DNA of 64,000 nucleotides from Squalus acanthias (taxonomy: Eukaryota): assembly GCA_030390025.1 (NCBI GenBank), contig CM059438.1, positions 64,172,001-64,236,000 of the forward strand, given 5' to 3'. This document shows, piece by piece, positions 35,421 through 48,502 of the stretch (positions are counted from its first letter, which is position 1; each line of letters opens with the position of its first letter). Under the pieces are notes generated by a model, which had not been told where the DNA came from, made no database searches, and saw nothing but the letters and a program-made list of their open reading frames with translations. The translations under genes and the position numbers were made by a program.

Positions 35421-37859
35421 GGCCGGAATTTTCTGGGGGGTGTGCGGGTGCGATCGGAGGCGGGTCAGGTGGGAAATTTGAAATAAGTTGGAGCGGGTCA
35501 GGACCCCGCCGTCATTCCGCCCCCACACACCTTTCCCTCGGGCGCGTTTGCCGGTGCGGCAGCGACCCGACCGGCAGAGGTGGGCGACCTAATTCAAATC
35601 ATTACCACCTTGTTGTCAGACACTTAAACACCTTTTTCAGCCTACCTTTCAAATTTCCCTGGCTGCCCACGGGATTCACACAGCTCGGGAACCACGTCTG
35701 TCAGCCTGAGGCGGGAGTTGAGTGGCCATTGCTCCAACTGATTAGATGACAGCATGAAATGTACTATAAAAGCTCCCACCTCACAGCTGATCACTTTCCT
35801 CAGGCAGAAGCTGTTGCTGACTGTATTCCCAGCACAGATTTAGCTTTCTACAGGCTGCAAGTGTTTGCAGCAAAGTCGCCATCCAGTCTCACCTTATTGG
35901 TACAACCTATCACACCATTGACAGATTGCTTCGCTCATCTCTACTTGACCTGCCATCTATTTAATTAGCATGGGTGCCATTTACACTGTCTCACCTTGGT
36001 TCTCAGAATTGGACCACGATCAGCCCGAACACCAATCAGCACCAGGCACACCAGCAACACCAACAACTACACCACCAACCTTCTTCTCAACCACCTGATG
36101 CTGCACAGGACAGAGGGCATCAGCGCAGGGCTGTCATCTATGCTCCATAGATAGCCATCCATTCTCCATAGAGACCATGTGCTCCTGTGAGTGGCGCATT
36201 AGCTGCTCCATGCAAGTGGCCATCCTATCCATGGACGAGCCTACAGTCGGCATCACCTGCGACACAGTGGTGGTCATGTTGGAGATGGACTCCTCCATTC
36301 TCTGAACATTTGCAGACATCGAGGTCGCAAAACCTGTCAGAGCCCCTTGCACTTCTTCTGCACCTCCAGGATCGCCCTCTTCCTGGATGGCCCCCGAGGC
36401 TCAGTGTCTGCATGCAGCTGAGCAGAGCTGGGAGCATCCTGCGCCCTCCGGCAAGGGGTCTCCACTGCTGTCTCTGTCTCCACCATCTGATCTTGCTCAC
36501 TTGTGACAAGACTACTCTATCTCGCATGGGACCTACCGAGGTGTGCGTCTCTGCTCTGGTGCTGGGTCCGCTTATGTCTGGTGACGCTGCACCCTCAGAG
36601 GCTGGAGGCTCCTCTGAGGATTCCTCTTCCTCTTCCTCCTGGACATTGGAGAGGGCTCTTGATGGACCTGTGGGAGAGTAAAGAGATGAGTTAGATATGC
36701 CATATGAAGAATGGGTACAGTTCCATTATGCACATGATGACCATTCAGTGGCTGATGACATCCGTCCCCATATGAGTGACTGCTGTATGCCATGTAGCTG
36801 TATGATATGTAATCCTGTCACCAGGTTGCTGAGATGTCCCCCTCTCTCCGTCTCCCACCTCCAGCTGCTTGGCCGCTCCCGATACTTCCAACACAGCCTC
36901 CTCTGCTGTTGTTAAGGTGGCCAATGATGGAGGGCCACCTCCAGTTCTCTCCCTCTCCCTCTTATTGTGCGCTCTCTTTTCCTGCAAGGAGGGAAAGAAG
37001 AGATGCCTGAGTGAGAGTGATGGAATAATTGTAAGGAATGGATGGGTTACATCTTTAGAGGGAGACTATGATGGAGTGGGCTGGCAATGCCAGGTGGCCT
37101 CCTTGTGTGTTGTTAGTTGGTATGATTGCATTAGGATGAGGCTGAGTGTGAGAGGTGGCTAGTAAGATGGGGATGTGATAATATAGATAGAGAGAGAGGG
37201 ATGGGTGGACATGCAAGGTATGTTGGTGTGAGTAAGGTTGTGCAGGAGCAGGGTTGGGAAGGCAGAGTGATGGGGATGAGATGAGAGGCACAGCAGGATG
37301 AAGTTGAGTGTGGCTTTGCACTCACATTTCCTGACCTAATGAGATCATTGAAATGTTTCTGGCACTGCACCCAGGTCCTCCTGAACACATCCCTGCTGTT
37401 CACCTCCTCTGCAATTTGGAGCCAGGCTCTTTTTGTCTCCTGGGGCAGTCTCTTCTGTCCATTGGAAGGGAAGAGGACCTCCCTGCATGCTCTGACTCCC
37501 TCCACAAGCATATGGAGGGAGTCATCGGAGCACCTGTGTGCAGTCCTCTGTCTCTGTGCAGTCATGTCTCCAAGTGTTTGGAGCAATCAAAGCCTCCAAT
37601 GCAGTGGCTGCACACTCCTAGATGAAGCTTCAAATGCAATGTGGCCATGGCCCCTTTAAATATCCCAGCTGAATATGCGTCATGTATGACCTCATCAGAC
37701 CCGCACCATTTATTAGGGCTGGGTAACGCATAGGGCGGGCTTAATAGGCCCAATTAGAGCAAAGTTGATTTCTGCAGCGGGATGGAAGCAAGAACGGGGT
37801 CGCGACCCATCATGGCGACCGCCTGCACCTGACCCGCCCAGGTAAAGAAAATTCCGGCC
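35421..37859. mobile_element. Internally deleted Harbinger transposon
   Basis: Perfect 14-bp TIR GGCCGGAATTTTCT with an ATA TSD. Transposase N-terminus on + (ATG near 35970). Myb gene on - with exons 37326-37565, 36822-36981 and from 36667, truncated near 36134. Confidence 0.92.
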
Positions 37860-38081
37860 ATAGTGTTAGACATGTATGAGGGGGCAGTTAAGAATGACTG
37901 AGGGGGGATAATTCTGAGAAAGAAAGATTGTGGGACCATGGAGCAAGGGACAACCAAGGCGGGTGAGAGGTCAGTAGACAAAAAGAATTGGAGAGTAGTA
38001 GTAGGGGGAGATTCCATAGTCAAGGGAATAGACAGGTTTTTTTTTGCAGTTGTGACTGGAAGTCCTAAATGGTATTACGAT

Positions 38082-38215
38082 AGCAAAATACTGCGGATGC
38101 TGGAAATCCGAAATAACAACAGAAAACGCTGGAAAAACTCAGCAGGCCAGGCAACATCCGTGGAGAGAGAAAGAGAGTTAACGTTTCAGGTCGATGACCT
38201 TTCATCAGAAATGGT
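38082..38215 (-). mobile_element. Penelope-like terminal fragment with a hammerhead ribozyme motif (38176-38212)
   Basis: The minus strand reads CTGATGA-A-AGGTCATCGACCT-GAAACGTT-AACT. Homologous to 47729-47824. Confidence 0.7.
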
Positions 38216-38526
38216 CCTAAATGGTATGTTGCCTCCCTGGTTTGACATCACAGATCAGGTGGGGAAACATTTGGAAAGAGAGGGAGAGCAGCCAAAAATT
38301 CCTGGTCTGTATTGGAACCAATGGCATAGATAGAAGTACAATCGAGGTCTTGCGGAGCGAGTTCACAAAGTTAGGCACTAGATTGAAAGCTGAGACATCC
38401 AGTGTGATAATCTCCATATGGGTTCCTGTGCCATGCGCTGGGCAGGTTAAGGAGAGGAAGATTAATAAGGTCAATGTGTGGCTGCAGCGCTGGTGCATTT
38501 AAAAATTTAAAAGAGTAAGAGTCAAC

Positions 38527-38679
38527 GGGGTGAAATCCGAATTCGGCGGCAGTGCAAAACAAGCAATAATGCATCGGCAGCCCCTTTTACACCCCACCCC
38601 ATTTCAGGCAGGGTGTAAAACGGGCTGTCGATTCGCTATCGCCTGCTATGTGCTATGGTCGCTTTCGAATTTCATCCTC
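38527..38679. mobile_element. Small palindromic Harbinger-type MITE
   Basis: AAC TSD. Ends GGGGTGAAATCCGA / TCGAATTTCATCCTC. Internal inverted TTTTACACCC/GGGTGTAAAA. Confidence 0.7.
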
Positions 38680-38922
38680 AACATTCTAAAAAAATAGCAT
38701 TGAGCATTCAAAACAAACCTGGGAATGAGAAGCGTCCTACATTACAGCGGTGACTATACTTCAAAAGTACTTCATTGGTTGTAAAGCACTTTGGACGCTC
38801 TCAGGCTGTGAAAGGTGCTATACAATCTTCTTTGTTCTTGCTTATTAATAGCTATTTAAGGATATGATATAATAACTGTAACAGATTTATGACTTAGGTT
38901 TGGACAGGATTGAGAACTTAGT

Positions 38923-39584
38923 GGCTCATAATTTCCGATAGGAGGCTTCCTGCGTGCGGATGCCTCCTATCGGGAAAAAATCTACGCTCTTACCTGAGGG
39001 CTCCTGAGTCCGGCCATTTCCGATCCTGGGCCTCTCCACGACGAAATGCACAGGGCCCAGATTGACCTGTCAAAAGTATTAATGGGGATCACTGAAAAAA
39101 GACATCAAAACATTAAATAAATTTTTTTTAAACCATCACGTTTTTAAAATGAGTTAAAATTACAATAAATTAAATATTTTAAACAAAAATTAAATTTTTT
39201 GAAAAAAATAATTAAAGTTTTTTACGGGGCTAAAAATAAACTTACCTTTTTTTAAAGTATTTTAAAATTATAAATGAGTGAAAAATAATTATTTTTTAAA
39301 CTTTTTTAAACTCTTATGCTGGTAAAAGCAGGCCTTACGCCTGCTTTTACCAGGTGTAAGATTTTTAAGTGATTTCAGTGGGGGGAGGTTCTGCAGAAAG
39401 CGGAACTCTCCCCCCACAGATGTTCTTCTCCAGGGCAGGCGTCCGATCTGTCAAGTTTCTTGACAGATCGGAAATGCCGGTTTTCAGCGCATGAGATTCG
39501 CATGCCTGAAACCGGCATTTCCAAATGTCCCTACGGGTGTGTACACACCTCGTTCACACCCGTAGGGATCGGAAAATACGGCCC
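38923..39584. mobile_element. Harbinger-type MITE with AT-rich core
   Basis: Ends GGCTCATAATTTCCGAT / ATCGGAAAATACGGCCC with AGT/ACT flanks. Internal architecture resembles 53860-54603. Confidence 0.7.
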
Positions 39585-39807
39585 ACTAGTCCTGGTTTTA
39601 ACATTTTCAGGAGAGATAGAAAGGGTAAAAAGGGGGTGAGGTGGCAGTTTTGGGAAAGGATTCCAGCATCACACTAGAACATAAGGATGTCCTGGGTGGT
39701 TTCCTTCAGACATCTGCATGGATAGAGTTAAGAAATAGGAAGTAAATAGTACAATTGTTGGTGTGATTTATCGGCTATCAAGGAATGATGAGATAAATTG
39801 GGGGAGG

Positions 39808-40026
39808 TGACATGAATCTTGTCATTCATGTATGAAGTAATACTGGGCGGCCTGCTGGTGGCGCTGTTCAGGGAGAGTATAAATACTTGGGCACGGGCCC
39901 AGCTTGCTTAGGACATTCCTCAACAGGAACTAGTGAAGAACACAACTAGATCTCCATGTTGAAAAACAGTTGATTAAAGCTTTGTTTAACGCTTAGACCA
40001 AGTGCCTAGTAGGTTTTTTTACGTCA
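39808..40026 (+). mobile_element. Short solo LTR (219 bp)
   Basis: TGAC...GTCA termini and a 5-bp TSD GGAGG. TATAAATA at 39878 and ATTAAA at 39973. Confidence 0.8.
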
Positions 40027-41943
40027 GGAGGTTCCACAGATGTTCCAGAGAGATTTTCAACAACAACAGGATACTAATATTGGGAAATTTTAACTATCCC
40101 AAGGTCGATTAGAATAAATGTAATGCATGTGGTCAACGCAGAGGATGATTTTAGAATCAATCCAGGACTGCTTCCTGGCTCCATATGATTTTAATCTAAC
40201 AAAGCAAGGAACATTGCTTGATTTAGTTCTCGGAAAAGAACTGGGGCAAATAACAGTGTGAGAGTAGGTGAACAACTGGGAAATAATGGCTGCAACACAG
40301 CTAGGTTCAATGTAAGAATAGAAAAGGATATTGGAGTGTCGAAGATAAGAGTACTGGACTGGAAGAAGGCAAAGCTCAGCGAGATAAGAATAGATCTGTC
40401 CCAAATTAACTGGGCAGGACAGTTAGCAAACAGATCAACAGATCAGCAGTGAGCGATCTCTAAATATGAAATGGATAGAGTACAAAATAAATAAAGTGGT
40501 ACGCAGCAAAAAAGGGGGTTAATCAAAATATAGAGTTTTGTGGATAAGTAGAGAGATTGAGACGAAATTGAAACCTAAATAGGATAAAGTTCAGGGTGAC
40601 AACACTTAAGAAAAATCAGGAGTAATATAGAAAGTGCCATGAGGCGGTGTCAAGGGAGATTAGAAGGGCAAAAAGAGAACATAGGAAAAGGCTAGCAGGT
40701 AATATAAAAGGAAACAGTAAGGGCTTTTAAAAGGTCGGTCCTTTTTAAAATGGCGCCAGCCACAATGCCGATTTTGTGGCTGTTGCTGTTCTGTTAATGC
40801 CAGTCAAGGCCTCTCAAAATTGATACCAAAGTGTTAGGGTAAATGGATGTTGCTTGGATTGCACAAAGGTTAGAATTGGTGTACCCCAAGAATCACTTAT
40901 GGGTATATATATATATATATATATAAATGTTTTGGACTTGGGCATCGGGAGCACAATATCAACATTTGCTGATGACAGAAAGGTAGGGGGTTTGTAAAAG
41001 ACGTCATTGAGGGCAGGTTAGCTTGGGCAGACATGTGGCAGATGCAATTTAATGTGGATAAGTGGGAGCTTAATGCACTTAAGGAAGAAAAACAAGGAAT
41101 GGAAGTATATAATCAATGGAAAGATGCGGAAGAGTCTGGATGGACAGAGAAACCTATTGGTTCAAATAGCAAGTGAAAGTGAATCTGAGCGCAGGTAATT
41201 AAAGCCATGAAAAGGTTAACAGCATTTTGTAATATGTAATTAAGGGCACAGAGTACAAGTGTAAAGATGTAATGATAAATTTTTACAAAACATTGGTTAG
41301 GCCACAGAGTACTGTAGGCAGTTTTGGGTACCCCATTATAGAAGTAAGATTAAAGTCACAGGGAGCATGCAGTGTAAATTAACTAACACGATGTTAGGAG
41401 AGACTTGTAAAACTGCGACTATTTTCATTGGAGCAGAGAAGGCTAAGAGGAGATTTAATATAGTTCTAAAAAATTATAAAATGAATGGTCATGATAGAAG
41501 AATAGTCTTTTCTATGATTGAGGTGTCAGCGACAAAGGGGTCATCAGTTTAAAATAGTCACAATAGCGAACAGGAGGTGGAAACCGAGCTGATTCTTTAC
41601 TGCTCTAACACACAAGTGCTGAAGCTTATTACATTGATCCTATTTCTGCCTCAGATGATTAGTACAGACTATGACTTGAACCTGAAGCCTTCCTGGTCTG
41701 TTGGCCTCAGTGCCATGTCAGGTAATGTGTTGAGCAATCTGCACTAATGCAGAATAATGCCTGTTCCTCAGGCTGGGTGAAAACTGCTGTTTTTCTGTGG
41801 GGTTTTCCATTCTTGAGTACCAGAAATGCTTCTTATCCCTTAAGATATGTTTGTGATCTGTGACAGGCCTCTTCTTTGAATTTTGTTTTAGAATCATGGC
41901 TGTTGGGGAAGTGCGGGCTCAACTTGTGATTGTTACTCAGCGG

Positions 41944-42436
41944 CCCGTTCCTAACTCGCACCAAGTCCCGTTCGCCCATCACCCCTGTGCTCGCTGACTT
42001 ACATTGCCTCCCGGTTAAGCAGCGCCTCAATTTCAAAATTCTCAACCTTGTTTTCAAATCCCTCCATGGCCTCGCCCCTTCCTATCTCTGTAATCTCCTT
42101 CAGCCCCACAACCCCCTGAGATATCTGTGCTCCTCTAATTCTGCCCTCTTGATCATCCCTGCTTATAATCGCTCAACCATTGGTGGCCGTGCCTTCTGTT
42201 GCCAAGGCCCTAAGCTCTGCAATTCCCTGCCTAAACCTTTCCGCCTCGCTACCTCTCTTTCCTCCTTTAAGACGCTCCTTAAAACCTACCTCTTTGACCA
42301 AGCTTTTGGTCACCTGCCCTAATTTATCCTTATGTGGATCAGTGTCAAATTTTTGGTCTAAAAATACTCCTGTGCAGTGCCTTGGGACGTTTTACTATGT
42401 TAAAGGCGCTATACAAATACAAGTTGTTGTTGTTGT
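41944..42436 (+). mobile_element. L2 LINE 3' fragment
   Basis: ITPVLADLHCLPVKQR...FKTLLKTYLFDQAF, then tail AAAGGCGCTATACAAATACAA(GTT)n. Confidence 0.92.
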
Positions 42437-42974
42437 TACTTTGTTTTAGATTCAAATCAACGTCTTGCTTTTAAAATCCAATTTTTTTGAATGTTATGGA
42501 GCAAAACATTCAACTTGATTGATGTTTGATATTGAAGAACTATGATGAAGGCAAACACAGAGATAAAGAGAAATCAGTTCAGTCAGAACACATTGCTTTA
42601 TTAACCTTCAGCCAGCTCACCAAGGAGATAACTACTGGCAGAATGCGTAATGAGGTATGGAACTCGATGTGTTATTGCAGCAATGACAACTTACAGACTT
42701 TTTATTAACAGGGAAAACATTCTCACTTATGAACAAAATGGGCTGAGGTGTATTATTTGAAACCTTTTACATAGGATTGTACAGGACTGGAAAAGACCAC
42801 AATGGTCCCTCTTTCTGGTCACAGAGCTCAAAACAAACCACACTCTAGGACAAAGAAAACACAAGTCTGTGCTGCGGACATGGAGTCTTACTGAGGGTGA
42901 GGGTGAGGACAGGCAATATAAATGTGATGAAAAGTCTTCGAGAGGCTTAATGAGAAAATTCCCAGGCACAGTTG

Positions 42975-45900
42975 TTGTGGTCATGTCGGAACAAATGACT
43001 TGGGTAGGAACAGGGAGGAGGTCCTGCTGAAGGAGTATCAGGAGTTAGGAGTGAAATTAAAAAGCAGGACCTGAAGAGTAATAATCTCTGGATTATTGCC
43101 GAGCCACGTGCAAATTGGCATAGAAACAGTCAGATCAGGAGAATTAACATGTGGCTAATAAGGGCTGGTGTGGGAAGGACGGGTTCCTTTTCATGGGACA
43201 CTGGCACCAGAACTGGGACAGGAAGTAGCTGTACCGATGGGACGAGCTCCACCTGAACTGGGATGGAGAAAGGGTAAATAGAGAGGTGGCAAAGGCTTTA
43301 AACTAGTAAGATGGGGGTTGGGGGGGGGGGCAGGTGAGGGATCTACAAGAAATGAAACCAGTCTAAATATCAACAAAACAGGAAAGGAGAGCATAGGAAA
43401 GAGTAAAGTAAGGGAGGACTTTGATGGCCAGGGAATAAATAGAGTTATAGAATAGGGATTTAAAAAGATGGTTAAAAATAAAGTGAGAGGAACTGCTATT
43501 AAAAATGAGTTAATCTGTCTGTGCATCAATGCACACAGTGTCCGTAATAAAACAGGGGAGCTTGAGGCAATCATGTGTTGTGAGGAACCAAACATAGTAG
43601 GGATTACTGAGACATGGCTACAGAAAAATCAGGACTGGGAATTAAACATTGCAAGGTATAACATATTTAGAAAAGATAGAGTGGGGAAAAGGGGAGGTGT
43701 AGTATCTGTACTTATTAGGAGTAACATAATGGCAATAGAAAAAAGGGAGACAGCTATCAGCAAGACAGAAATAGTATCCATGTGGCTAGAGATAAAAGAT
43801 AATAAAGGATTAATCACACTAAGAGGTGTAGTCTACAGACCACCTAATAGTGGAAGGGAGGTGGAGGAAGCAATATGCAGACAAATTAGTGAAATTAACA
43901 AAAAACATAGAATAATAATCATGGGGGATTTCAACTTCCCCGATATTAATTGGACAGAAGAGGTAGGTAAATGGGGATAAGGGAATGGAGTTCCTACAAT
44001 GTGTACAGGACTCCTTTCTAACCCAATATGTAAAAAGCCCAACAAGGGAGGATTCGTTATTGGATATAGTAATGGGGAATGAACCAGAGCAGATAAGAGA
44101 AGTAAAAGTTGGGGAACATCTAGGCAATAGTGACCATAATATAATATGCTTTAAGATAATAATTGAGAAGGATATAGGTATGACAAAGACCAGGGTAATA
44201 GATTGGAGAAAAGCTGTTTTTGAGGGGCTGAGAATAGAACTTGGGAAAATAAAATGGACAACAGTATTGGCAAACAATGATGTAGAAGAGCAATGGGAAA
44301 CATTTAAAATGGTGTTCAACAGAGTCCAGGAAAAATATATTCTATTAATAAACAAGAACAAGCTAAACACTAATGAGACACCATGCATGAATAAAGCCAG
44401 AAGGGAAAAATTGAGGGTAAGGAAAGAGGCATACATTAAGTAGATGGACAGCAGCGGAGTGCATGATAAGGGAGATTATAAAGGGATTAGGAGAGAAGTC
44501 AAAAAAACAATTAGGAAGGCAAAGAGGAACAATGAAATTAAATTATCAAGGAACATAAAACAAAATAGTAAAATATTTTACAAGCACATAAATAAAAAAA
44601 GGAAGGTCGGGATGGGAATAGGGCTACTAAGGGATGGACAGGATAATACCACAGGCAGCGATAGAGAGATGGCAGAGGAATTAAATAATTACTTTGCTTC
44701 AGTATTTACCAGGGAGATAGAACAGATGGATATGACATTGGATGATGTGATTAGTAATGAGTTAACTGCATTTAAAATAAAACGAGGAGATATACTAAAT
44801 AAACTAATCAAACTCAAAGAGGATAAAACCCCAGTCCAGATGGATTACATCCGCGCATTTTAAAAGAATTTAGGGAAGAAATAGTAGAGGCATTACTACA
44901 CATATTTAGTAATTCATTAGAAAAAGTTGTAGTGCCAGAGGACTGTCGGATAGCTAACATAATACCTATATTTAAGAAGGGAGATAGAACATGTCAGCTT
45001 AACATCAGTGGTAGGAAAAATAATGGAATCCCTAGTAAAGGAGAAAATAGAAGAACATCTAGAAACAAAAAACATAATAACAAATAGTCAGCATGGATTT
45101 CAAAAGGGAAAGTCTTGCTTGACCAACCTAATTGAATTTTTTGAAGAGGTAACAGAGAGAGTAGACAAGGGTAATGCAGTAGATGTAATTTATCTAGAAT
45201 TTCAAAAGGCACCCCATAATAGACAATGAACAAGGTCAGAGAATGCGGAGTCAGGGAACAAGTTGCAGAATGGATAGTTAGCTGGCTTCAAGACAGAAAG
45301 CAAAGAGTAGGGGTAAAGAGTAGCTATTCACAGTAGTAGAAGGTGGGTAGTGATGTTTCACAAGGATCAGTGCTGGGACCACTGTTGTTCACAATTTATA
45401 TTAATAATTTAGACCTTGGAATCAAACACACAATGGGCTGGATTTTACCAGCCCTGAGGGGGCGGGTCTAGAGGTGGGACTGCTGGGAAAATCCCCAAAA
45501 ATGGGAGCGGGTCCCAAACCCTCTCCCAACCCGCCTCCAACCAATCTTCCCGGGAGTCAGGTCCCGGATTTGCGCAGGGACCCGACTCCTAGCAGCGGGA
45601 AGAGGAGTATAGCCACTTAACTGTCTGTTAACAGGTAGTTAACAGGCAGTTAAGAGGCTTTTTCCAATTTTTTGACTGCTGCTGCGGGCTTCCTGACATC
45701 GGGGAACCCCACCAGGGTAAGTGAGGTGCACTTTGGGTCTGTTGTTATGTTGGTGTTTGGATGACAGCTGCAGAAGTGGTGTGAAGGATACAATGGGACA
45801 ATGGTTAGTATCAGATGTAAGGAAATGTTGTGAAAGTTATTTTTAATGTGGTTAGATGCTTCTGCAGGTGACAAGCTGTGAAGTGTTTGTGTAGCCTCAT

Positions 45901-47216
45901 CTCATCAGGAGAAGAGACAGATGGCTTCTGCAATCTCAGCTGCAGCTGCCATCTGTTTTATCCTAAGGAGTGAGAAATTGGAGCGCCTGGATGCAACGGC
46001 TCACCTTTGGACAGTGATTGTCAGTGTTTAACAGCACCTCAATGCTGTCAAATACTGTCAAATCATCTGTCAAACAAGTGTGGTGCATATGCCTTTAAGA
46101 AAACCGGCAGATGAAGCGTCATCAACTGACGTCATCTGACACCGGCTTTCCCTTAATTGGCCAGCAAGTCCGCAGGGTGGGCTTAACAAGGCCAATCAGG
46201 GCAAAATAGCATCTGTTCATCAGACATCGCTGGGGGCAGGACTGGAACCCAAAAAACTCGGCCTGGAAGGTAGGATTCCGCCCAATTTCTAAATTTGCAG
46301 ACGACACCAAATTGCGGGGGGATAGTCAATACTGAGGAGGCTGCAGCAAATTACAAGAAGATATTAATAAACTTGCAGAATAGGCATATAATTGGCAAAT
46401 TAAATTCAACACAGATAAATGTAAGGTATTACATTTTGGTAAGAAAAACAGGGAGGTCACATATTACTTGGAAAATAAGAATCTAAATGGGGTAGAGGGA
46501 CAAAGGGATCTAGGAGTACAAATACACAAATCACTAAAAGTATCGACACAGGTTAACAAGGCCATAAAAAAGGCAAACCAAGCACTTGGGTTTATTTCTA
46601 GAGGGATAAAATAGAAAAGTAGTGAAGTTATGCTAAACTTGTATCGAACCTTGGTTAGACCACACTTGGATTACTGTGTGCAATTCTGGTCGCCATATTA
46701 TATAGAGGCACTAGAGAGGGTGCAAACAATATTTACAAGGATGATAACAGAAATGCAAGGGTACTCCTATCAGGAAAGGATGAACAGGCTGGGTCTCTTT
46801 TCTCTTGAAAAGAGAAGGCTGAGGGGTGACTTAATAGAGGTCTTTAAAATCGTGAAAGGTTTTGATAGAGTAGATACAGAGAGAATGTTTCCACTTGTGG
46901 GGAAGAGCAAAACTAGAAGCCATCAATGTAAGATAATCACCAAAAAATCAAATAGGCAATTCAGAAGAAACTTCTTTACCCAGAGAGTGGTGAGAATGTG
47001 GAACTCACTACCACAGGGAGTGGTTGAAACAAATAGTATAGATGCATTTAAGGAACAGTTAGAGAAGCATATGAGGGAGAAAGGTAATAGAGGGTTATAT
47101 TGATAGGGTTAGATAAGGAAAAATGGAAGGAAGCTCGATTGGAGCATAAACGCCGGCATAGACTGGTTGGGTCGAATGGCCTGTTTCTGCGCTGTATATC
47201 CTATGTAATCCTATGT
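42975..47216 (+). mobile_element. Near-full-length decayed CR1 LINE (ORF1 3' part, APE, RT), split by a MITE
   Basis: HVGTND from ORF1. INAHSVRNK, GITETWL, YRPP, MGDFN and LGNSDH from APE. KFADD from RT. ATCCTATGTA-type tail. Confidence 0.92.
45435..46283. mobile_element. Harbinger MITE family A inserted in the CR1 RT region
   Basis: AAT TSD. Removal restores IKHTISKFADD. Colinear with 1372-2227. Confidence 0.92.
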
Positions 47217-47470
47217 AGATGATATTTGTCCCAGAGTACTAAAAGAAACAAGAGAGGAGACTTGTGAAGCATTGACAGTCAAGGTGAAGGAGTCGTTGAA
47301 CACTAGGGAGGTACCAATAGATTGGAAACAGGTTCCCACTCTGCGCTTCACATTGGACTATCAGACACTGGTTCCACACCACACTGTTTTCTTCCCAATA
47401 CTTTTAATAAGGGTTGTTTATTTTTCCCAGAGTACAACTATTCCATGGATTCCTGAAGTTCCACAAAGCT

Positions 47471-48003
47471 AAAACAGATTATCTGGTCATTCCACATGGC
47501 AGCTGTCGACCATTCTGCCATTGCCCTTTACACTTCATCTAGAGTCATCTTTTGTTTCTTAACTTGTCCCATTACCATCTCCTTTTGCCTTGCACCATCA
47601 TCCCTTTTGTCTCTTAATCTCTCCTGCCTTCCATCCTATCACAGACCTTCCCTTTTGTTCTTTCCTCCCCTCCCCCCTTTCCCTGTCCCTACACTTGCTT
47701 AAAAACCTGTTCCATCTCCAACTTTTCCAGTTCTGATGAAGGGTCATCAGCCTGAAACGTTAACTCTGTTTCTCTCTCCACAGATGCTGCCTGACCTGCT
47801 GAGTATTTCCAGCATTTTCTGTTTTTATCTGGTCATTATCACGTTGCTGTTTGTGGGACCTTGCTGTGTACAAATTGGCTGCTATGGTTCCTAAATTACA
47901 ACAGTGACTACACTTCAAAAGTACTTCATTGGCTGTAAAGCGCTTTGGGACATCCTGACGTAGTGAAAGGCGCTGTATAAATGCAAGTCTTTTTGCTTTT
48001 TTT
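47471..48003 (+). mobile_element. Deu-domain SINE 3' half, interrupted by a Penelope-like insertion
   Basis: AAAACAGATTATCTGGTCATT...AAAGGCGCTGTATAAATGCAAGTC. Confidence 0.85.
47492..47824 (+). mobile_element. Penelope-like element 3' fragment with a hammerhead motif (47729-47765)
   Basis: 13-bp TSD TTATCTGGTCATT (47479-47491/47825-47837). A pyrimidine-rich tract is followed by AGTT-CTGATGA-A-GGGTCATCAGCCT-GAAACGTT-AACT. Confidence 0.75.
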
Positions 48004-48203
48004 AAGCCGGAGGTGAGGATACCAATGATTTGCATAGAAGAGCTTCGCAGAAATTTTGAAAGGCATTTAAGCAAACCCTTTACTGACAGATTCCATTGAC
48101 AACCCTTCTTTCAATTAACAGCAAGCTATCGACACATCTTAAAATTCTAATAGACCCCCTGTGGCGGTGCTCAGTGGTAAAAGAAGAAAGAAAGAAATAC
48201 TTA

Positions 48204-48502
48204 CAAACACCAATGTGATAATGACCAGATAATCTATTTTTTGTGGTGTTGGTTGTGGGATAAATATTGGCCAGGACACCAGGGAGAATGCCCCTGCTCT
48301 TCTTTGAAATAGTGCCATGGGATCTTTTATGTCCACACGAGAGAGCAGTTTAATGTCTGATCTGAAAGACAGCCCCTCCGACAGTACAGCAATCCCTCAT
48401 TACTACACTGGAGTATCAGCCTAGATTTTTGTGCTCAAGTCTCTGGAGTGGGACTTGAACCCACGACCTTCTGACTCAGAGGCGAAAGTGCTACCCACTG
48501 AG
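48204..48502 (-). mobile_element. Deu-domain SINE 5' half
   Basis: Head CTCAGTGGGTAGCAC...GGTTCAAGTCC and the core, both on the minus strand. Confidence 0.85.

Larger units (their letters stand above)
37990..41565 (+). mobile_element. Old, heavily decayed CR1 LINE (ORF1 SGNH esterase + ORF2) with several nested insertions
   Basis: VVV..GDSIVKGIDR, CCLPG, IGTN and KVNVWLQRWC from ORF1. FADD-like TTTGCTGATGAC near 40965. Degenerate ORF2 C-terminus. Confidence 0.75.

Noticed and set aside
10452..46300. Two Harbinger insertions near the CR1 FADD codons as targeted attack on RT
   Set aside because: Two events at different positions, adequately explained by the DNA target motif and CR1 abundance.
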